Positions 19,767-32,573 of a stretch of DNA of 64,000 nt are shown piece by piece. Position 1 is the first letter of the stretch. Each line of letters opens with the position of its first letter. The stretch spans positions 45,186 through 109,185 of the forward strand of contig BLSG01000081.1 of the NCBI GenBank assembly GCA_012862495.1, written 5' to 3'. The DNA comes from Thraustochytrium aureum. Lineage: Eukaryota. Below the pieces are notes generated by a model. The model made no database searches. It saw only the letters and a list, made by a program, of their open reading frames with translations, and had not been told where the DNA came from. Made by a program: the position numbers and the translations under genes.

Positions 19767-22700
19767 GCGGAGCAGCTTGCTGACGATGCAGGACTCAAGG
19801 CGATCGCGGCGGGCGAGAGGGCCGTCGAGCGGGCGACCATCGTCCTGCTCGACGTTTCAGGGTCGCAACGCAAATCCAGCTCTGCCCTCCGAGATCTCTT
19901 TCTTGAAATCGCCAAGCGAGACGTTTCGCAGAAAGTGTTGGTGATCCCGTACGGCGCCCGCAAGGAGTCGCTGCACTACTCGAGGCACGGACTTCGGCAC
20001 AAAGAGCCTCACAAAGCGTTCAGGCGTCTCTGCCGAGTGCCGCCGCAGTCGAGCAGGGACTTTGCAAACAAACTCAACCACGACACGATGGTTGCTGCTC
20101 GGTGCCGCGAACGCGGAGACCTCGAGGTTGCCAAGAAGTACGAGCCGTTCATTTGCACGACCAGCACAGACGCCATCGAAGAAGGGCTCGGCCTGTTGCT
20201 CAAGCAGCGCTTTTTCGACTCTCGAGTGGCCAAGCTCGTGATCGTGGGGGACGGAGAGTTTGACAACGGCGGCGTGGCGCGCTTCGGCCAACTCTTGCAG
20301 AGACTCGCGAAGCAAGGCATTCTCCAGCGGTTCACCAACATTGTGACAGCGCCATCGCCGCACACTAGCTGCGACATTAAGGCATCGCTTCGCGAGTGCA
20401 CGAGGGATATTACGTTCTCTATCGAGGGCGTCATCGCCCTCACCATTAACGCCGACTTTGGCGTGACCCGCTGGATCAACGACGTCGCCCACGCTGCCAC
20501 GGCAGACTGCTCTGCATCGGTCCTGGTCGGAGAGGGCTCGGTCATAACAGCCGTCTACGCCTCCACCCCGTTCGTATGTCACAGCGGCGTTCAGAGGCTC
20601 CCACGCAGCGAGACGGCAGCCTGCCTCAACGCCAACCCTGCGGCTGCTCTGGCGGCGATTAAGGCGCTTCAGGAGGTCCTTTTTGACCCCTGGCACATCG
20701 TGCGGATCCTCGAGGACCGGCTTTTCGCAGCCTTGTATGCCGGGGCAGTAACCCTCTATCGCCACCGCGAAGAAGACAACGACTTGACGAAGGCTATCGC
20801 CGCGCTCGTTGAGTCGGTCGCCAAGACGCTCTCCGGAGCTAGTGGCGCGGAAATCAGCCCGGCTCATACCGAAGCCCTGCGGGGGCTTGTGCAAGAGTCC
20901 CGCCGCGACCCCGTCGTGGACAAGCTGCAGGCAGCCAACGCAGATCTCTGCGCCCGCAACGGCATCGACTTCGTGCTCGCCGTGAGCGCGTTTGGGAGCA
21001 CTATTTCAGAAGAGGCCATCGTCGACATGATTTCGTCCTCCCCAAAACTCGACACGCGGGCCACCGTGCAGAGATGGGTCGCCTCAATCGAAACGCTTCA
21101 CCCCGACTGCCTCGGCCCCGCTTCTGAACCGCCGCCGGACATGGTCGTGCTCAAGGTTCCCATGAACCGGTCAGCGCGTGACAGCCTCTGCATTCTGCGG
21201 TTGCTTCCGACTCTCGCAGCCTCGCGGTGCTCATGGAGCGAGCGGGGGGTTCTCCAAGTTGCGATGATGGTACTCGCCACCCTCGGCGTGGCCGGCTCAG
21301 ACGAAGACCAAGCTCGAGAGGAGCCTGCAAAGGCGCGACGCATGGAGAGCCGCCTCGCCACGCTCTGCTTGGAAGCTCTCGGCGGCAAGGACTGGACAAG
21401 CCACATGGCACTCACCGAGCGACACCCAGAGAACTTCTCCGCCTTTTTTGTGCAGCTCGTGTCGCAGTTCCTGGCGGCGTGCCCGGAAGAGTCGATTTGT
21501 GACGAGCAAACAGCGGCCATGTACACGCAGATCGCGCGTCTGCAGCGGCTTCGGAGCATGATCGAGCGCGGGGCGACAATCCTCGTCGAGCACTCCTACA
21601 TGGTCAAGCCACCCAAGAAAGTCAGCACGCCGGAGCCCTTCGATGTGAGGCGCATGCGCGGCCACAGCCGTGCTGTCCCATCGCACAGCACCCGATTCCT
21701 GACATTCATCGCCAAGTTTATGGGCGTCCCGCACGGGAGGGGCGTTGCGCTTGTAGATGTCCTGCCTTTCCTCGCGGGCGTCCCGCGCGTCGAAGCCGAA
21801 GACCCGAACGACCCGGCAGGCGACTTGCCGCCAGAGCTGCTCCACTGCCTCTACTGTGACGTTGAGGTTTGGGAGCACGTGTATAACGGCCGCGTGGCGC
21901 GCGCCCTGCGCCTTGTGCTCTCCCGCCAGGTCGCGAACCTCCTCGTCAGCGATCCAAGCTGCGGAAATATTCTCCAGGCCCAACTCGACGCCTTCCATGG
22001 CCAGCACGAAGCGCTTCCGCGGTTCTCGAACGCCGAGGAGGGCCGCCAGGTCTGGAGCGATCTGCTCGCCAAGACCTCTTGCTCGAAGCGCGAGATGATC
22101 CAGACCACCACAACGTTCACTTTCCCGCTGAGCGTGCTCCTGCAGTCGCAGACGGTTTGCTCGGCTGCAGCGCTGGACTACAGCCTCATCGAGCTGGCCG
22201 CATCGTCGACTGGCCGCGTCACGCTGGAGGAGGCCCAACATGCTTGCGAGATCGAACTCAGCGTCAGTCCTGTCAAGTGGGATCTATTGGACCCAGTGGT
22301 GCTGCACCCCGTTCCACGCAACCGCTATGTGCACGAAATCGCGCTCAGCCCCACGCAGCTTGGTTCCGTCGTGCGCCAAGTTCGCCAAGCACTCTCTCCG
22401 CAAATCCGCCAAGGGGCCGCCATTGATAACGGCGGCCGCGTTCGTATCGAGGGCTTCGAGCCATGCCCAATCTGCATGGTCGAGTTTACTCCGAGTTCGT
22501 CCAAGTGGTCTTCCTTCGAGTGCCAGCATCGCGTCTGCGGCGACTGCTTTGATCGTATTCTTACAGTCAAGCCCGGCCAGATCGTGGGCGAGCCGACATG
22601 CCCCCTGTGCCGGTGCAGAATCTCCACGTCCTTCATGCACAGGCACGGCGCTTCAGCGGCTGTCGCGGTGTACCGAAACGAGGCCAGGTGGAGCAAGTCG

Positions 22701-23042
22701 TATGTGATGTGCTGCGTGGACTGCGAGAGCTGCTTTCCAGCCGCGCCGCGGGCCTGCAACGTGCGTCTTGCGCAGCTCGATACCACGTGCCCAGATTGCA
22801 AGGAGCGCAAGCTGAAAGAGGAGGAGGGCAAGCGCTTGTTGGACGCAGCTCCCAGGTTCTCGTGGTCCTCGACGAAGAATTGCCCGTCGTGTATGATCGT
22901 CGTGCAAAAAGACGGCGGCTGCAACCACATGACGTGCCCTAATTGCACAGCCCACTGGTGCTGGTGGTGCCGGGCGTTTCGCGGGCCAGACGGGCTCCGC
23001 TTAACTAGCAAGACATTCAGCGGCCACGTCTGCCGCAAGTAA
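19767..23042 (+). CDS. vWA-domain RBR (RING1-IBR-RING2, ariadne-like) E3 ubiquitin ligase; 5' end in gap
   Basis: In frame upstream of the called ORF is TIVLLDVSGSQ (MIDAS DxSGS), then LVIVGDGEFD. C3HC4 RING CPIC..CQHRVCGDC..CPLCR. Cys-rich IBR-like segment. Rcat TKNCPSC...KDGGCNHMTCPNCTAHWCWWC. Confidence 0.85.
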   Translation, partial: AEQLADDAGLKAIAAGERAVERATIVLLDVSGSQRKSSSALRDLFLEIAKRDVSQKVLVIPYGARKESLHYSRHGLRHKEPHKAFRRLCRVPPQSSRDFANKLNHDTMVAARCRERGDLEVAKKYEPFICTTSTDAIEEGLGLLLKQRFFDSRVAKLVIVGDGEFDNGGVARFGQLLQRLAKQGILQRFTNIVTAPSPHTSCDIKASLRECTRDITFSIEGVIALTINADFGVTRWINDVAHAATADCSASVLVGEGSVITAVYASTPFVCHSGVQRLPRSETAACLNANPAAALAAIKALQEVLFDPWHIVRILEDRLFAALYAGAVTLYRHREEDNDLTKAIAALVESVAKTLSGASGAEISPAHTEALRGLVQESRRDPVVDKLQAANADLCARNGIDFVLAVSAFGSTISEEAIVDMISSSPKLDTRATVQRWVASIETLHPDCLGPASEPPPDMVVLKVPMNRSARDSLCILRLLPTLAASRCSWSERGVLQVAMMVLATLGVAGSDEDQAREEPAKARRMESRLATLCLEALGGKDWTSHMALTERHPENFSAFFVQLVSQFLAACPEESICDEQTAAMYTQIARLQRLRSMIERGATILVEHSYMVKPPKKVSTPEPFDVRRMRGHSRAVPSHSTRFLTFIAKFMGVPHGRGVALVDVLPFLAGVPRVEAEDPNDPAGDLPPELLHCLYCDVEVWEHVYNGRVARALRLVLSRQVANLLVSDPSCGNILQAQLDAFHGQHEALPRFSNAEEGRQVWSDLLAKTSCSKREMIQTTTTFTFPLSVLLQSQTVCSAAALDYSLIELAASSTGRVTLEEAQHACEIELSVSPVKWDLLDPVVLHPVPRNRYVHEIALSPTQLGSVVRQVRQALSPQIRQGAAIDNGGRVRIEGFEPCPICMVEFTPSSSKWSSFECQHRVCGDCFDRILTVKPGQIVGEPTCPLCRCRISTSFMHRHGASAAVAVYRNEARWSKSYVMCCVDCESCFPAAPRACNVRLAQLDTTCPDCKERKLKEEEGKRLLDAAPRFSWSSTKNCPSCMIVVQKDGGCNHMTCPNCTAHWCWWCRAFRGPDGLRLTSKTFSGHVCRK

Positions 23043-23391
23043 GACCATTCGGTACAGGCTATCATTCGTCAGGCGATTCGCCAGCTTCACACTTTTTGCT
23101 TGCGGCGAGTCCGGTCCCTACAGGACCGGTGCGGGTCACTTCAGCACGCGGCTTCTGTCGCGCGCAGGGGTGCCCCGCTTATCAGCCCGGTCCATCACTT
23201 GCAGATCTAGCACGTAGGAGCCCTCAACAGCAAACACTCTTGCGCGCGCGCACCCGCCCGTCATCGTTGAGACGCAAGTGCGGCACCTGGAAAGATGCAC
23301 GCGCCGCCAACTGGAGAAGGGTCATCAAGCGCGCAGTCCACTCCGGTCGGCCCGCCACGTGGGACACGGAACGGCGGCATCTGCGACTGAG

Positions 23392-23871
23392 TCAGACTGG
23401 CATGAAGGAGTAAGTCTTGCAGTTGTCGCGTGCACCTGGTGTCGCTGCGCCACGAAGCGTCGTCTGATGCGTGTAGCCCGGAAATTCACCAAAGTCGAAA
23501 AACTCGGCGCGAACGAGGGCCAGCGACGCTTTCTCTGCCAGCTCCTCCAAGCCCCAGTCTACGTACGGTCGGCCCTCGTTCATGGTGACATCGACGCGGC
23601 CGCCCGGAACGAGCAGCGGCCTGGCGCTCTCGAAAAAAGCCCCGAGCATCGCTCTGTTCTCATGAACGCGCTGCGAGCCAGTGTGCGGGAAGTTGAATGC
23701 GATCACGTTCCACCTCTCGCCGTCTTTGGCTGCGGGCAGCGACTCTCTCAGCCGGGTCGCGTCGACATTGAAGGAAACTCGCGCTTGCCTACTCGTGCTT
23801 AGCTCCTTGATGTAAGCTTTGGCAGGCTCGCCGTACTTCGCGGCGACCTCCGATTGCGAGTCGAAGACGGT
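23392..23871 (-). CDS. BMT5/DUF2431-like 25S rRNA uridine-N3 methyltransferase (5' part in or beyond gap)
   Basis: FNVDATRL, IAFNFPHTG, NRAMLGAFFESA, GRPYVDWGL, FPGYTHQTT. Confidence 0.8.
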   Translation of the reverse strand, partial: TVFDSQSEVAAKYGEPAKAYIKELSTSRQARVSFNVDATRLRESLPAAKDGERWNVIAFNFPHTGSQRVHENRAMLGAFFESARPLLVPGGRVDVTMNEGRPYVDWGLEELAEKASLALVRAEFFDFGEFPGYTHQTTLRGAATPGARDNCKTYSFMPV

Positions 23872-24450
23872 NNNNNNNNNNNNNNNNNNNNNNNNNNNNN
23901 NNNNNNNNNNNNNNNNNNNNNNNNNNNNNNNNNNNNNNNNNNNNNNNNNNNNNNNNNNNNNNNNNNNNNNNNNNNNNNNNNNNNNNNNNNNNNNNNNNNN
24001 NNNNNNNNNNNNNNNNNNNNNNNNNNNNNNNNNNNNNNNNNNNNNNNNNNNNNNNNNNNNNNNNNNNNNNNNNNNNNNNNNNNNNNNNNNNNNNNNNNNN
24101 NNNNNNNNNNNNNNNNNNNNNNNNNNNNNNNNNNNNNNNNNNNNNNNNNNNNNNNNNNNNNNNNNNNNNNNNNNNNNNNNNNNNNNNNNNNNNNNNNNNN
24201 NNNNNNNNNNNACTTGGCCCGCGCAAACCTGCCGAGATGCCGCTGGTGGTGGCTGGCGCTCGCAGGCGTCGTCTGGCCCGCCTCGTTCTGCCAAGCCGTC
24301 GTTGATTCGCTTTCGGCGCAACGATGATGCGGGGCGCCTCGGTCTGTGCGCTCTGCGGGTGATCGACCCGTCGCCAGCGACAAGGATGCAGGTCTGCAGG
24401 CCTGCGCGGCGGGGGCATTCTCTGTCAAAAAGCATGGGATGGCAGGCCTT

Positions 24451-24490
24451 CCAGGCAGCCAGCCAGCCAGCCAGCTAGCCAGCCAGCCTG
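24451..24490. repeat. (GCCA)n microsatellite
   Basis: Directly visible. Confidence 0.8.
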
Positions 24491-24799
24491 CACGCCCTCA
24501 CGGACTCGCCAGGGCCTTCGCCATCTCCGTGAAAGCAGACTTGCTCTGCGCTACGGCTCCCGCGGCGCCGGCCAGGGGTCTCGCCGGGCTTCCATCGCGC
24601 GCACAAGACCTCGTCCGCGCGTCAGCTACTTGGGCGCTGGAGGCCGGCGGATTTTGGGTGGGGTTCAGGGCGGCCTAGGTTAGGTCGCAACGAGGAGGTC
24701 GAGTGTTGATCAATCAATCAAGAGCAGAGCAGAACAGAACAGAGCAGGAAGGCATTGATTGACTGATGCGAGCGCGGCGCAGCTGGAAGAGGCGCAGCA

Positions 24800-27790
24800 A
24801 TGGGTCTGCCGTTCCATCGAGAGATGCTGCAGATGGTGCTGGAGGACGACTGCTTGGTTGTCGCAGCGAAGGGCCTCGGGAGCGCGCATCTCCTGGTCAA
24901 ACTCGTGCAACTCGAATGCGGCAGGGCCGACAAAGCCGCGCTCAGAGCGGCCAAGCGGCTCGTGGTGGCGGCCGGGGCGCACGGGGATGGCGCGAGTGGG
25001 ACGCGGCAAGCGGGCGTGCCGCTGGTCTTTGTTGTGAACGCGTCGAGTGAGGCGGAGATGCTCAAGAGCGCCGTTGCGGACTCGGGAGGGGCCGCGGCTG
25101 CCTGCTCGCCGCCGACGGTGGTGACGAACAAGTACACGTCGCAGGAGCGAGCCCGGATGTACCGGGCCGGCGGCTGCTTCATCGTGACCTCGCGCATCCT
25201 CGTCGTAGACCTGCTGTCCAGCGTCGCGGAGGTCTCGCGCATCACCGGGGTGATCGTCGACAAGGCGCACCGCGTAACAGAGCAATCGAACGAAGCTTTC
25301 ATCCTCAACATCCTCCGCAGCACGCCTGGATTCAAGGGCTTTGTCAAGGCCTTCTCCGAGTCGCCAGAGGCGCTCGCGACAAAGTTCGGGTTCCTCTCGC
25401 AGGTCATGTCCACCTTGGGCGTTCACAAGGTGCACGTCTGGCCCCGGTTCCACGTGTCTGTGCGCAGTGCGCTCGACGCGCGGCGCCCCGAGGTGATCGA
25501 GCTCTCCCAGCCACTGACCGCGCGCATGGCCGCGGTCCAGAGCGAGATAGTGACCTCGATAGACATGTGCTTGAGCGAGCTCAAGCAGGTCCAGAACCTC
25601 GACGTCTCCGGCCTCACAGTGGAGAACGGGCTGTTCCGCTCGTTCGAGGTCACGCTGCGGCGCCAGCTCGACCCCATCTGGCACAAGGTCAGCCGGAAGA
25701 CAAAGCAGCTCATCAACGACGTGGGCGTCCTGCGGCGGCTCCTGCCCGACCTCCTCCGCTACGACGCCGTCACCTTCCTGCGCATCCTGGACGGGATCCG
25801 CGCCGAGGCCTCGTCGGCGCAAGCGCAGCCCTCGCTGTGGCTGTTGACGGACGCCGCGGACCGGATGTTCCAGGTCGCGCGGGAGCGCGTTTTCCGCATC
25901 AAGAGGCGCAAACGTCCCACCACGGGTGACGGTGCCGAGCCGCCTGACTGGAGCCGGCCCGAGGCCGAGCCTGCGCCGGTGCTGGATCCGGCGACCCAGC
26001 AGCTTGTGTCCGTCTCGATAAAGATTGAGGCAAGCGCAAAGGCTGGCCTGCTTGTGGAGGTGCTCGGCGAAATCGAGGCTCGGCTGGCAGCTGACCCTGG
26101 GCCGGGCCCCGGCATGCAGCCTTTCCGCGGGGCAGGGGCGGACGTCTTGGCTTTTGCAAGGACGAGCTGACCTGCGAGGAGCTCCGCCTCCGGCTTGGCG
26201 CCGGCGGGCGATTGCTCAACGAGTCCCGCATGGACCGGTACCTCGCTTCGCGGTTCAAGCGCTTTTGTATGTCGCACGGCCTTCAGAGCTTGCTCGAGCA
26301 GGACTCGGCCAGCGACGCCGTCCTCGCGCAGGTCGCGCAGGGCCTATTTGACGGCAACCTCGACGTCGCGCTGCCCAACGGGGAGCGACGGACCACCAAG
26401 CTCGCCCTTCCCGCCGAGCAGCGCGTGGTGTTGGCCGAGCATGTGCGCCGCTGGCGGCAGCGTCTCGGCGGAAGCGACGAGGCGGCAGCGGCTGCAGAGT
26501 TGGACGAGGCTCCCTCGGTTGCTGCTCGGCCCGGAGACGCAGAGTCGTCTCTCCCGGGCCTGGCGCGCCGAGCCCGTGTCGTGATTTTCCCCGTTGACGC
26601 ATTCGTGGAGCAGCTGAGCATTCTGGATGAGCTCGGGCCGCGGTTCGTGGTCCTCTTCGACCCGGACGTGCGTGCCGTCCGGCAAGTCGAGGTGTTCCAG
26701 GCCGAGAACCCCGGCCAGCAGGTATGCTTGTACTTTCTGCAGTACGAAGAGTCTGTTGAGGAGCAAAAGTACCTGTCGGACCTCAAGCGCGAACAGGACA
26801 TGTTTCGCAAGCTGATCGACGAAAAGGCCGGTGTCGTTCTACCACACCTGGAGCGGTCCAACGCCACGGCGATCGTCGAGCGCGCAAAACTGGAGGGCGC
26901 TGCGATCATCGGCTACAATGTCAGCACGGGCGAGGCCATCCTCGGCAGTACTGCGCGCCGCTCTGCGGCCTCTGGGTCCGCGGGGGGCCCGGTCGTCCCG
27001 ACTGTTGTTGTCGACATGCGAGAGTTTCGCAGCGCCCTGCCATCTATGCTGCACAAGAGCGGAATCATGGTCGCGCCGACCACGCTCGAGGTCGGCGACT
27101 ACATTCTGGCGCCGGAGCTGTGCGTGGAGCGCAAGTCTATCCCGGACTTGCACGGCTCGTTCAACTCGGGGCGCCTCTTCACGCAGGCCGAGGCGATGTG
27201 CAAGTACTACCAGCACGCGCACCTTCTCATCGAGTTTGACGAGACGCGGCCGTTCTCCCTGCAGGGCGCTGCGGAGCTGGGCAGTGAGATTTCCACGCGC
27301 ACCATTCAGTCCAAGATGGTCCTCCTCATCATGCACTTTCCGCAGTTGCGCTTGCTGTGGTCGCCGAGCCCGACGGCCACGGTGGACCTCTTCAGGCTTC
27401 TCAAGGCCAACTACGGCCAGCCTGACCCAGTCGCAGCCGCCAAGGTGGGCGTGCCAGACATTGTAGAGGAGGAGGACAGCGGGGGCGCGGGGCGCCGTGA
27501 GCGGCTCTGGCGAGCCGCCCCGTGGAAACGTGGCTGCGCAAGAGCTGCTCCGCCGACTACCGGGTATATCTGTGTACAATATTCACAAGGTCATAGGCCG
27601 CGTCCGCTCGCTTCGCGAGCTCAGCGAGATGTCGCTAGAGGGCATGACGGCGCTCCTGGGCCGAGTCGCCGCCTCCAAGCTCTTCAAGTTCTTCAACGAG
27701 GTCCCGGACCTGGCGCAGCCTGACGCGCGCGCGGCGGCCGCCGCGATACACGTCAACGAGGCCGCTGGCGACGCCGACTACGACGCGTAG
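24800..27790 (+). CDS. ERCC4: DNA repair endonuclease XPF (Rad1/ERCC4); two single-base frameshifts (about 26152-26155 and 27489-27492)
   Basis: LVVAAKGLG, VTSRILVVDLL, GVIVDKAHRV, GFVKAFSESP. Nuclease core VVVDMREFRSALP...VGDYIL...CVERKSIPDL. C-terminal HhH LLRRLPGI. Confidence 0.95.
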
Positions 27791-28131
27791 CAAGGTGGTC
27801 AGTCGCCCTCTTCCCCCCTCTCTCTCGCGCCGGCCGAGAGGCGAGCAAGCTCGAGCGAGAAAGCGCGCGCATCCCTTGCTCTTGCCTCGTCAGTGCCTTC
27901 GCTTCGTGGTCAGTCAACCCAGTAGAACGAACCAAGCAAGACCGAGTGGCTGGCCCGGCCGGGCACCAGCCGGTCTCCGCGAGCAGGCAGCGTCCGCGCT
28001 TTCGCCCCGCCGTTCGAGCTCGAGACACCGTCAGCGCTGCCGCCTTCGAGATCATCGACCTCTCCGAGACCGCATCGTTCTGCCCGATTCTCCGCCATTC
28101 CCCCACCGGCACCAGCAACTCACGCGCACGC

Positions 28132-28168
28132 CAGGCAGGCAGGCAGGCAGGGCAGGCAGGCAGGCAGG
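28132..28168. repeat. (CAGG)n microsatellite
   Basis: Directly visible. Confidence 0.8.
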
Positions 28169-28346
28169 GCGAGCGCCAACGGCCCGGCAGTGGCGCGAGG
28201 CTTGCTTGCTTGGCCACGCGGCGGAGTTGGTTGGCGGAGTTGGTTGACGGAGTCCATCAGGTCCGGCATTGGCGACTCGCCGCCGGCCTCGGCGCCCAGC
28301 AGGCCGCGGCTGAGGTCGACGTACTCTACGTGTTGGTTGGCTGCAG

Positions 28347-31300
28347 ATGGAGAACGGTGGAGGAGGGGCCGACGCGGGCCCGCTCGAGAATGAACTCGAC
28401 CGGCTGGACCACGTCGAAGGGCTCGTCGACCTTCGGCTCGTGGACCAAGTTCGAGCCGGCTCGCCAGTGCTCTCGCCGAGCTCGCGCCGTGGCACCGGGG
28501 CGACGCGTGGCGCGCAGACTGGCCGCGATGAGGACGAGAAGGACAACGCTGGGGCGAGCGGCGAGGCCGAACCGGCTGGGCTTGAAGGGGCCGCGGGAAG
28601 GGATAGGGCGGCCCACGGGCAGCTCGTGCGCAAGCAAGAGTACGAGCGCATGACGTTCGACCCTTGGTCTGCCAAGCCGCTGGACGCGGGGAGGCAGAAC
28701 GTGTTCGTGGAGACGCGGTGGGTGCGGTTCCGCAAGCTGGCCCCAGAGACAAACCTCCTGATGCTTCCGGCGACTCCTGGCTGGGCAGCAGACGGCCCAA
28801 CCGCTGCGGTCCAGCCGCGTGACCCAGGCTCGTGCCCGCAGTGGACCCGTCTTTGGAGGCACACGAAAGACGGGGAGGACGTCGACTGGGAGGAGGATAC
28901 ATGGTGGCTTCTTGAGCACGCTTTTCGCGGCGGAGCAGAGCCCGACTTTATCGGGAGCTCGCAAGTGCTCAAGGAGTTGTTTACCATCCCGTACACCAAC
29001 GACACGGTCTCGTTGCTAGTCTACAGGGCCGGGGGCTCGGTGTTTGTCGGTGGGGCCTCTGATGGCGAGTATGCGGCTGGGGAGCTACCGGGGCCTGGCG
29101 CAGCCTCGTTTGTCGTGCCCGAGTCGCTCAAGGACGGCTGGCGTGGCGCCGGCAGCAGCGCCAGGGACGGCGGTACTGCTAGTGACGTTGAGGGTGCGGC
29201 CGTATCAAAGTCGGCTCTGCCGAAACGAGGCCCTGCGAGCGGCGCCGGCCCTCCGCCGGGGGGTGCTTTGCCTCATGCAGTCGGAGCCGGTTCGGGCCGC
29301 ACCGAGCCGGCCGGAGCTGCAGGTTCGGCGCCAGCTGGTAGGGAGAGGGTGCTGCCGAGCAAGCCTGGCGAAAATGTGCTTCACTGGGTCATGCACAGCG
29401 GGGACAGCAGCGAGCAGCCCCTCACGAGCGCGCCGCCGCAGGAGGGCCGCCTGGCTCGAAACCAAGCATGCGGCGAGCCCCCGGCGCGGGGCGCAGGGCA
29501 AAATGGGGGCCTCAGCGCCATGCCGAGCAGCAGAGAGGGACAGCCGGACGCGGCCGCCGAGGGCTTGAGCGAGGCCGAGCTACTTGGCCGGTTTCACCAG
29601 CATCTGGCGGCGAGCTTGTCTGGCAACGTTGGCAAGAGCGAGAGCGCCCAGCACGAAGGCAGGGACGGGGGCGAGCCGTTGTTGAAGGAGGAGGGCGACG
29701 AGCCAGAAGCCGAGCACGTGCCTCGATTCCGTCGCACGCTGAGCTGGTCGTTCGACGGCATGGAGCTTGTAGTCGGGTCCAACTTGCGCGTCTTCCGCGA
29801 CGAGGAGGACTCGCCGGTTTCCGCCCAGCTTCACGACGCCTCGAAAGCGCTGAGCGACCAGCGTTGCCTGGACTACTACCTTGACAACCGGCTTGCGGGC
29901 GTTCCGCGGGTCGCCCTGTGCCTGCACCAGGGCGGCAGGGTGCGCGACTTTCGCGTGTACGACACGGACGACATCCCCACACTGACTGGCCAACACATCC
30001 CTTTCGAGGACAACCGCAAGCTGGCTCGCGCGGCGTTTTCGCCGCGGCTGCTGGAGCAGCGCGCCGCGCAACTGCTGCACTTTTTGAAGGAACGCCTGGC
30101 GCCTGGCCACACGTACTGGTTGTTCAAAGGCCAAAACAGCAACGTGATCCACCTCTGCGAGCTGAGCCCGGCCTCGGCGACCACGCAGCGCGGCCGCGAG
30201 CGGTGGATGTACACCATGGCAATGCTGTGCTATCGCGTCGCGCTGCAATACGCCAGTAAGCGTCGTGAGTTTGAATCGGGCCGAGCGCGAGGGCCCAAGG
30301 GCGGCAACGCTGCGCGTCGCGGCAAGTCGTCTGGTGCGACGGCGCGCCGCGACAGGCGCGATGGCAAGAGAGGTAGTGCCTACGTGCCCGATGAGCCGAG
30401 CGAGCCCGCCGCGCACGCAATTTTTCTGCTCGTGCGCGAGCGCGAGCTCGTGCTCAAGTCGCTCGAGCTCCTCCAGGAGATCCTTGCGGACGGCGGCCCG
30501 CCACGGCTCGTCTTGCAGGCCAAGCTCAACGAGCAGGTGGCTGAGACGTACATCGCGGAGGCCGAAATCTTGCGGCGCCAAGCGGCCGAGACGTGGAAGG
30601 CGGAGCACCAAGTGCACCCCAACGCGGAGTTTACGGTCAAGATCAGGTTTGCGTTGGCGCACTGGCAGTTTGCCTCCAACTGCCTATGGGCCTACCGGCG
30701 GGCCTGCGTAGACGCGGCCGAGGTGCGTTCGGCTGCGAGCTCGGGCGACGAGGAGCCGGGCGATGAGGAGCAGGGCGACATGAGCGGCGACGATGGCGAG
30801 AGCGGCGACAACAAGCCAACGAGCGAGCGGAGCAGCCCTGAGGCGGAGCTGGCGCTCGCAGAGATCCAGTCGCGCCTCCAGAGTCGCGTCTTCTTTTGCT
30901 TTTTAATTGCTGCACACGAGCACCAGCGCGTCGGCAACCTGGACAAGGTTGTCCAGACAGTCGAGCACGGGCTCTTGTGCAGCGGCACGTTCGACCAGTG
31001 GTGGCCCCAGTGGCCGCGCACGCACGAGGCGGCGGACTTGGGCCAAGCCCTGCTTCTTTTGGGCGACGTGCTGCTCGAGACGAGCAAGCGGGCCGTCCAC
31101 AGCGCCAACCTCGGGCCGAGCCAGCGAAGCACAACGACCTGGACGCAGTACTCGAGCGGGCTCGTGCAGAGCCTCGAGAGGCTCGTAGGCGCCCTCGATC
31201 TGGGCCAGACCGTGCTGAGCGCGGCACCCAAGCACGAGCAAAAGCTCTCGCCTGATTCTCACGCTGAGAACATCGTATCGGCGGAGCGCATCGGTCTTGC

Positions 31301-31600
31301 AGGCGTGCGCATGTACGAGCTTGCCGGGGCGGTGTACGCGGGCGAGGTTGCAAGGGAAGAGCAAGCGGCAGGAGCCATGTTTGGCTCGGGCGAGGCGGCC
31401 GCAGGCGCCGCGAGCGGGGCTCCTCGGGCGCGGCGGCGGGACCACGTTGCGCACGGCAACGACGGGGCCAGGAAAGGTGGCGTCAGCGGGGTTTCAAGGC
31501 CAGCAGCTAGCGGGGCCGGTGACTCCGGGGTGCTCGGGGAGAGCAAGGCTCGGTGGAAGCTGGGCAACGCGTGGAACGAGGTGGGGAAATTGCGATTTGT
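28347..31600 (+). CDS. EDRF1: Erythroid differentiation-related factor 1 homologue; 3' end lost in gap
   Basis: DFIGSSQVLKELFTIPY..VSLLVYRAG, WSFDGMELVVGSN, LDYYLDN...VPRVALCLH, FSP...A..LLHFLK...GHTYWLFKG, LGNAWNEVG (start of TPR region). Confidence 0.85.
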
Positions 31601-32091
31601 NNNNNNNNNNNNNNNNNNNNNNNNNNNNNNNNNNNNNNNNNNNNNNNNNNNNNNNNNNNNNNNNNNNNNNNNNNNNNNNNNNNNNNNNNNNNNNNNNNNN
31701 NNNNNNNNNNNNNNNNNNNNNNNNNNNNNNNNNNNNNNNNNNNNNNNNNNNNNNNNNNNNNNNNNNNNNNNNNNNNNNNNNNNNNNNNNNNNNNNNNNNN
31801 NNNNNNNNNNNNNNNNNNNNNNNNNNNNNNNNNNNNNNNNNNNNNNNNNNNNNNNNNNNNNNNNNNNNNNNNNNNNNNNNNNNNNNNNNNNNNNNNNNNN
31901 NNNNNNNNNNNNNNNNNNNNNNNNNNNNNNNNNNNNNNNNNNNNNNNNNNNNNNNNNNNNNNNNNNNNNNNNNNNNNNNNNNNNNNNNNNNNNNNNNNNN
32001 NNNNNNNNNNNNNNNNNNNNNNNNNNNNNNNNNNNNNNNNNNNNNNNNNNNNNNNNATCCAGGGCACTTGGGCCGCGCAAGCCCAGAGGAG

Positions 32092-32272
<181 letters not shown>

Positions 32273-32573
32273 GTCTCTCCAGAAGCCAGTGCCCTCCGCT
32301 CCAGGGGTAACGGAACGAGTCGAACCCGTTTGCTAAGTCAAGGGGCGCGCACAAGCAATTCGGTTTTCGCAATTTGGGTATTGTTTTGTTTATTCGTTGA
32401 ATTGGCGGCCCTGCGACGGAACGGGCGCTCACTCAGAGAAGGTCCAAGCTCCTCGGCGGTAGCCTCGTCGTGCGGAGACGGCTACTAGGCCCCGTCAGCG
32501 GCGCACATGACGCGACTGGTGGAGCGTGCACCCAGGAAGCACAGTTTTGTAGTTTTCCAAAATAAGCGTGCTG

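Noticed and set aside
24800..27790. XPF, GH3 and helicase as pseudogenes or programmed-frameshift genes
   Set aside because: Motifs are intact with no other decay. The indels go in both directions, lie in homopolymers and share no slippery consensus, so sequencing error is more parsimonious.
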